Positions 58,162 to 64,000 of a stretch of DNA of 64,000 bases are shown piece by piece. The stretch comes from Cyanidioschyzon merolae. Its lineage: Eukaryota. The notes under the pieces were generated by a model. The model searched no databases. It was not told where the DNA came from and saw only the letters and a list, made by a program, of their open reading frames with translations. A program made the translations under genes and the position numbers. Location: assembly GCA_000091205.1 (NCBI GenBank), contig AP006498.2. The stretch is one strand, 5' to 3'. Position 1 is the first letter of the stretch, and the number at the start of each line of letters is the position of its first letter.

Positions 58162-58899
58162 ATGACTTCACATGGCGGGTCATCGCAACCGGAAATTCGA
58201 ACAGGTGCTGTTGAGGCGAACACCTGCTGGAGCTGCAACGCACCTCGCACGTTACCTGGTGAATCCGATCCAGCATCTGTTCCCATGAAAGCGTTTTTTT
58301 GTGAGCATTGCGGTCGGATCCAACCGAAACCACCAGTTGATGTGGATTTCTTTACTCTATTCGGTCTTCCGAGACGCTTTTTTCTCGACGAACAGCTTCT
58401 AGAGTCCCGTTTCCGTGAATGGCAGCGGCGCTTGCATCCCGACAGATTCAACGCGGAGCTTCGCAGGCAACAGGGATTTCATTCGAGCGCCGCCGACCCT
58501 CAGGCACACTATGCTGAACAGGCGTCGGCGCTCGTGAACGCCGCACACGACACGCTCAAGTCGCCACCGGCGCGCGCGCTGTACTTGCTCGCAGAGCACG
58601 GAATAAACTTTGAGTCTGATAGCGAGGACGCTTCCGATCAACGGGACATGGATCCGGAATTCCTGGAGGAGATGCTTGCCCTTCGTGAAGAGCTTGACAG
58701 GGCCGAGCAGGGGCACTACGATTTCGAAGCGCTTCGTGCACGTATTGAGGGTTCGCAAACTCGACTCTGTCAGGAGCTGGATGAAGCTTTTGCCAGTAGT
58801 GCGCGGAACGAGGAGGGTGCGCTCCGGCGTTGCCGGGACCTTACGGCTCGCCTGCAATTTTATCATCGTATAGCGAGGGCATTGCAGGAACGTCTGTGA
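58162..58899 (+). CDS. HSCB: Fe-S cluster co-chaperone HscB/Jac1 (HSC20-type) with N-terminal tetracysteine zinc finger
   Basis: CWSC...FFCEHCG zinc finger, J-domain DFFTLFGLPRRFFLDEQLLESRFREWQRRLHPDRF, C-terminal helical domain. The open frame extends upstream to 57439 (486 aa) but the conserved protein starts near Met 58162. Confidence 0.65.
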   Translation: MTSHGGSSQPEIRTGAVEANTCWSCNAPRTLPGESDPASVPMKAFFCEHCGRIQPKPPVDVDFFTLFGLPRRFFLDEQLLESRFREWQRRLHPDRFNAELRRQQGFHSSAADPQAHYAEQASALVNAAHDTLKSPPARALYLLAEHGINFESDSEDASDQRDMDPEFLEEMLALREELDRAEQGHYDFEALRARIEGSQTRLCQELDEAFASSARNEEGALRRCRDLTARLQFYHRIARALQERL

Positions 58900-60699
58900 T
58901 ACTTCTCGAACAGAGCTTGGTTGTGTCACCTTCGATTTTGCAGTGAACACTGCGAGAAATCTGCACAATTGATGTGACTTTTCAGCATTGTCTTGAGAGA
59001 TGGTGATGCTCCTGTGACTTTGGAGCGTACGAGCAACCCGGGAGGAACGGTGCGCACCGGATTATTCGCGATGCCGAGCAAAGTTTTCTTGGATGGCTGA
59101 ACGGAGAGAACGTTGGGAATCGCAGATCATTTCACGATTTTCCAGACGGCAGCGTCCATCGCTCTCCGAAACGTGCAGCAACTCACGACAAGTTGTCCTC
59201 GGAGTAACGCATTCCTGGGTGGTGCTGTCGAGTACAGAGTCGGTGGACACTGCCCGCAGCTGTTATGTTGGCGGGGGCGCTGCATGGTTTGGCATATAGT
59301 AACGCATACGACTGGATCGGTTTCGCAGGATGCCTGGGACCACGAATTCCTTCCTTCAGAGTGAACGTCGCACGAAAATGAACATACGCTATCAAGCCGG
59401 TGCCGCTTGTGCACGGATTGGCATATTTGGATTGCGAGTTCCTGGTCTAAGCAGCCTGCGGACAGGCAGCTTAGGCGATGCTAGGTGGCATTCAGTCCTT
59501 GAGGGAGCTCGCTGCAGTCTCAGCAGGGATTGCTCTGGAAGGGAAACACGTTTCCGTCTTCCGATACTGACGACAGTAGCTGCCATCCCTGCATGCTGTA
59601 TCGTTGCTCCTGGGAGCATGGATATTGTATTCGATTTTTATGGACAGTTTCGTGTCTTCGGCTCCTTGTCCAAGTGCGCGTTCGCTTTGTACGGCATGTG
59701 TATTTTCAGAAGCATTTCACATGGATCAGGCCTCGTCTCAGCACATAGCAGTCGTATCCGAGCTGACTCGATTAGTAGGGTGCAAAGACTGGGCCATGCA
59801 TAGATGCCATCCAAGAAACAGCCACCACTTTCGTAACTAAAGACATCATCCGAGGACAAAACGAATGACCAACACGACGTGGAGCTCGTTTTCGCGCTTG
59901 ATCCAGGTCTTGACCATGTCGCACGATGTGCACGACTCTCGCAATCTGACGAGTACTCGACGTTGTTTCTGAAACTCGCTATTCATAGACACCATTTCAT
60001 TTCCCACGGGCGCAGTCGAGAATCGAGCGCCATTGTCGGCCTACAAGCAGATCGAGATGAAAGGAACCATGGCCGGGCAGCTGCGACGCGGGAAAGTATC
60101 CTGTCGCAGAGCAGTCGCGACATCGGACGAGGCAATACGAGGACTGCGTATACGCTCTCAATAGTCGTCGCCGTAACCTGCGCCCTGGTGCGTCAGAAGC
60201 GGCAATAAATGGTTGCGTCGCTCACGGAGCCCCAGTAATAGACAACGTTTTGGAGGGAAGTCCTGTTGTCGAACCAGCTGCGGCGGCCGCAGAGGAACTG
60301 CAGCACCCTTTGGGGGTTCGTTGCGTTTCTTTGACCAGAGGTTGAAACCTCGTTGTCCTTCCTTGGAGTGCTTCTGGCCCATACCGGAGTCCAGAAATTT
60401 TTAGATTTTTTTACGACACACAGCGTCGAAAGCGTGAAACTGAACAAAGAACGCAGTGGAAGCGAACGCTGCCGCAAAGCCCTGTGCACAACGCATCCGC
60501 GCAACAGAAAATCGTTGCATCGAACGGCTGCAAATGTTCGCCGCGCACGCACCGGCGAGATTGCGCACGTGCGCGCAAAAGCAGCTGTAAGAACCTAGAC
60601 ATAACGTACATGGTATCCGACGCCGCATGCAGTGCTGCACGCTTCGCGTGCGAGCACCGCGGAAGCGTGCGCAGCGATACGGCGCGATGGATCCCATGT

Positions 60700-60975
60700 G
60701 CATTATGTCAGTGGCACAAAAAAGTCCTACGCCCAAGGGGCTATAGACGTGCCCGCACTCGCTGACGCCTCCACACCTTTTTTCACCGGCCGACTGCTAT
60801 CGGTCCCAGCTTCTCCTTGTGGACGTCGAGCGTCAGAGGCTGCCCAACAACGTTGAATCGCGTCAACTCTTTGGGTCTCGTGTTCAGCACTGCACATCTC
60901 TTGATGTTGGTGGCAGCCCTCAAGTCTGGATTCACAAACTCCATGCGTTTCTTGCTGCTGCTTGTCATCACCAAT
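60700..60975 (-). mobile_element. Diverged 3'-end fragment of the Fanzor/TnpB-type element (minus strand)
   Basis: ORF 60783..60974 encodes ...KKRMEFVNPDLRAATNIKRCAVLNTRPKELTRFNVVGQP, a degenerate version of [37 protein letters not shown]. Confidence 0.5.
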
Positions 60976-62149
60976 GCAAGGAGTCTGTAAACTCACGGCC
61001 TCTAGGCATGTACGGTCCCGTCATCTTCCGGTGGGGTAAACAATTTTTCTCGTCTGTCTCCCCTCCTGTTATTTTTCGTAACCTGCTGCCCTTCGCTCCT
61101 TGGTTGGCGAGAAGAGGAGATTTTCTTTTTTCCTGCCAGCCAGCGACACCGGGCCTCCAGGATCCTCGATTTGCATATCGATCACTCTGCCCTGGAATGT
61201 ATATTTTTGTACGAACATACTTTGAATGCATCTGCTATAGGCCGCGAAAAAGCATTTGATGACACGCATCCAGAAATGGAACACAATTGACATTAAAGCC
61301 TACAGGTAACCCACAGCCATCTAACACTGACATAGCAACAACAGACCAACTGGAACGCCGCGATCGATATGAACCACAGGCACGAGGTTTTGTATACCAA
61401 TCGGTGTATCTTCCTGAAGACGAAATATTCGGCGCGTGTAGGGATGTTCGCAGTAAGGGCCTCGCTGTATGTACGATTGAACCTGAGGCGAGCGGGAATG
61501 TCATAATCTGTTTCAGCTGCCGTCGAAGCCTTTGGCTGCCTCAGTTTCGCTCGTAGAGAAGACTTGCAAAAAAGCACCCACTTTGTCGAATCATTGAAGA
61601 TATTTCCCCTGGCATCTGGCGGTGACTTTCTTCATGACAACATGGAATTTCACCGTTCACCTTGCCTTCGAGGTTCTGTTGATTCTGTCGAGCTGTAGAA
61701 CTGTTTCTTATTCCTTCGTAGTCTGTGTCGTTGAACCGCATCGAGGAAATTTTTTATCGCTACAAGTAATCATTGGTCCACTGGATGAATTGTTGAAGCT
61801 TTCACCATGGAGACAACGGAACGAATATTGTTTTTTCTTCCGCAAGTCCTGCTTTCTTCGGGGAGGTCCTTACGTAATGGAATCTTGAGATGTGGTCATT
61901 TTCGAAAATACGATGCCCTAGGGAAAGTTTTGGGAAAACAAGTCGGGTATCCTGCAGGGCCGTTCATAGCCGGGTTCAATAAATAAAACGAAAAATACTC
62001 TTCCCGCCGACCATCGAGGGAAGAAGAGCACAAAACGAAGAAGATGAAGAAGAGAGAGACAGCCAGGACAAGGTGTCTGCCCGGCTGGACGATGACGAAA
62101 CTTTAGTGTCACAGAGGGCAAGAGTTTGAGGACGCCTAGCATTTCTATG

Positions 62150-62260
62150 TTCGAGAAGCGGCGAGAGTCGCATGGAGTTTGCGGTCCGAACTTCAACGAC
62201 CTCGTGGATATCAGACGACGCATGGTGCAGAAGAGGATACCCGACGAGCTGAGGTGATCT
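62150..62260 (+). mobile_element. Decayed fragment of the same element 3' end
   Basis: catggagtttgcggtccgaacttcaacgacctcgtggatatcagacgacgcatggtgcag aligns at nucleotide level with catggagtttgtgaaccgagactttaacgccgctatcgatatcaggagatgtgcggtgctggag; motif no longer encoded. Confidence 0.4.
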
Positions 62261-64000
62261 AACATTGTGGCGCAGCCTCTCAAGCCCGATTTCTGGTGGG
62301 ATAATCAGAACCGAGACCAGACAGATGGTCAGGAAAGGCAGAGAGGCGTCCATGAGTGGATGTATGTAAATACTCTATGTTCTTAGAGGATTTGTTTAGG
62401 AGATCATATGGACTAGAAAAATAGAACACTCGCCTTGATCCCGTGTTGATTTTGTACGGAATTTTTGGTAAAAGTGCAGCCTCTCTTCAGGCCTCCTGCA
62501 GGAACAGATCCTGTACAGGGTGACCTGAAACCACGTGTGGTGGAGGTCAGGAACCGTCAAGCTGTCAATGTACAGAACTGGAAGCAATCCGGGCGCACTA
62601 TGAACTTGTTTGGCAAGAATAAGCGCTGCTGCCTGGGCTGAGGATATATATGAGAAGGAAAAATTTTGCAGTCGAAACTGAGAATTTATAGAACTTTCGT
62701 CAGTTCGGAAGCAACAGCTGTAAACGTACCCACCATAAAATGCACTTTTCCTCAATGATGCTTCGTTTCAAGTAGCCACATACGCTGACTTCTTCATCCA
62801 TACGAAGGATACACATAGGCACCAGAAAGAACGCTTCAGAATACGCGGATCCGCAAGGTCGTGCCTATGATTCGTAGATCATATTGTGCACGCTTGCGGA
62901 TTTCGAACTATTTTGACAGCAATCTTGGCTCATGCAGTATGGCCATGTTAAGAAAGTATTCACGGTATACTCTCATGGAAGACGCTCATTTTTACATATA
63001 GACAGGCTACTCGGTCTCCTGTATCTGCATCTGGTCGGTAAGCAGGTCACGGCTTCTAGGGTTCATCGTAAAGAGAACCTGCGGACATCAGGAACCGCCC
63101 TGTCAAAGCAACGCCAGTACCAAAAGAATCTCACAAAGTGCTCAGAGAGGACATGGCAATGGGTTCCTCGCAACATGCAAACACCCTACCGTGTATACTT
63201 GCGATGGCGCGAAGTCGACTTGGGCCCGCAAGCGCTCGATGCTCGCGGTCGCCACGCTGCGCAAGCGCGGATCCGTGAGAACCCTGGCGGGTGGGATAGG
63301 CAAACCGGGTCCTGTGCCAAAATGACCGAATGTGTGTACTTCCAGGAGCAAAACGGGAACGGTACAGTATTTGGTAGAAATGTTCCGTAGCGTCAGCGAG
63401 CATCAACGTGTCTGGTATATTCCATATTGTCCAAAAATGAAAAGAGCAACCGGCAATAGCACGGCGGTACAAGACGCTGGAAGAATCGGTTTTGGCGGGA
63501 AATCAGTAGGTCGTAGCCGAGATCCTTGCGCAGCTGCTGCCGCCAAGGCGCTGTACACCCTCATGTGTGTATACGACTGCTAGGCTCTCGAACGATTTCT
63601 CGAAACGACATGGCACATTCCACGGACAGTTTTGCCTCAAGCAGCCCGCGAGACGACAGGGGTGAGGATCCAGCAGGTGACAACGTGCCGCTCTCGAGTG
63701 TGCCAGCGACCCCTGCGGGAGCAACACCGCGCCCTCCGTTTGCTGAACGTGGTATGTTTTCGCCGCCCTCATCCCGTGGTGCCTTGAGTCCAGACCCGTC
63801 AGAGCAGACAGGCGTCTCTCAGTTTGGCCAGGCGCGATACGGAAGGGCTGTAGGCGGGAGCGCCTCGTTCGCAGCGGAGGGTGAGCCAGGAATCGGAGCG
63901 CGGTCGGGCTCGAGCTGCCCGCCAACCTCACCGCACTTCCAACGGTTCAGCACTGTTGGACGCCGGGAACTGAGCCGTTCCTTTTTGGGGCTTCCACTCA

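Overview
This 64-kb window reads as nuclear DNA from a moderately GC-rich (about 52-58% by eye), intron-poor, plastid-bearing eukaryote, probably an alga or similar protist. I cannot name the genus from sequence alone.

About 20 protein genes can be recognised by motif. The eukaryotic housekeeping set comprises a USP-type deubiquitinase, TIM14/PAM18, Snu13/NHP2L1, proteasome Rpn1/PSMD2, a Bet1-like SNARE, valyl-tRNA synthetase, HscB/Jac1 and a DPE2-type 4-alpha-glucanotransferase with an N-terminal CBM20. Several genes are plastid- or organelle-associated: a fibrillin/PAP protein, a CRTISO-like FAD oxidoreductase, a Tat-signal lumen protein, a BSD2-like DnaJ zinc-finger protein, a PHT4;1/ANTR1-type transporter, an RsmB/Sun rRNA methyltransferase carrying a NusB domain, and lipoyl synthase. 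There is also a bacterial-type SbcD-SbcC (Mre11-Rad50-like) single-polypeptide fusion.

The most notable accessory content is a roughly 2.7-kb transposon-like insertion (about 38215-40872). It carries a Fanzor1/TnpB-like RNA-guided nuclease gene with RuvC-I ([13 protein letters not shown]) and RuvC-III ([10 protein letters not shown]) motifs, inserted directly upstream of the RsmB-like gene. Three further 3'-end fragments of the same family lie elsewhere in the window. The conserved non-coding right end of these copies is a candidate omega-RNA scaffold.

A second, unclassified dispersed repeat of about 1.55 kb occurs three times: 8131-9672 (+), 31530-32340 (-, truncated) and 44615-46185 (-). 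Two tandem-repeat arrays are present. One is a 162-bp in-frame coding repeat at 26125-26670, and the other is a 109-bp non-coding duplication at 37500-37731.

I recognised no rRNA, tRNA or CRISPR arrays by eye. Several multi-kb stretches have no recognisable genes.
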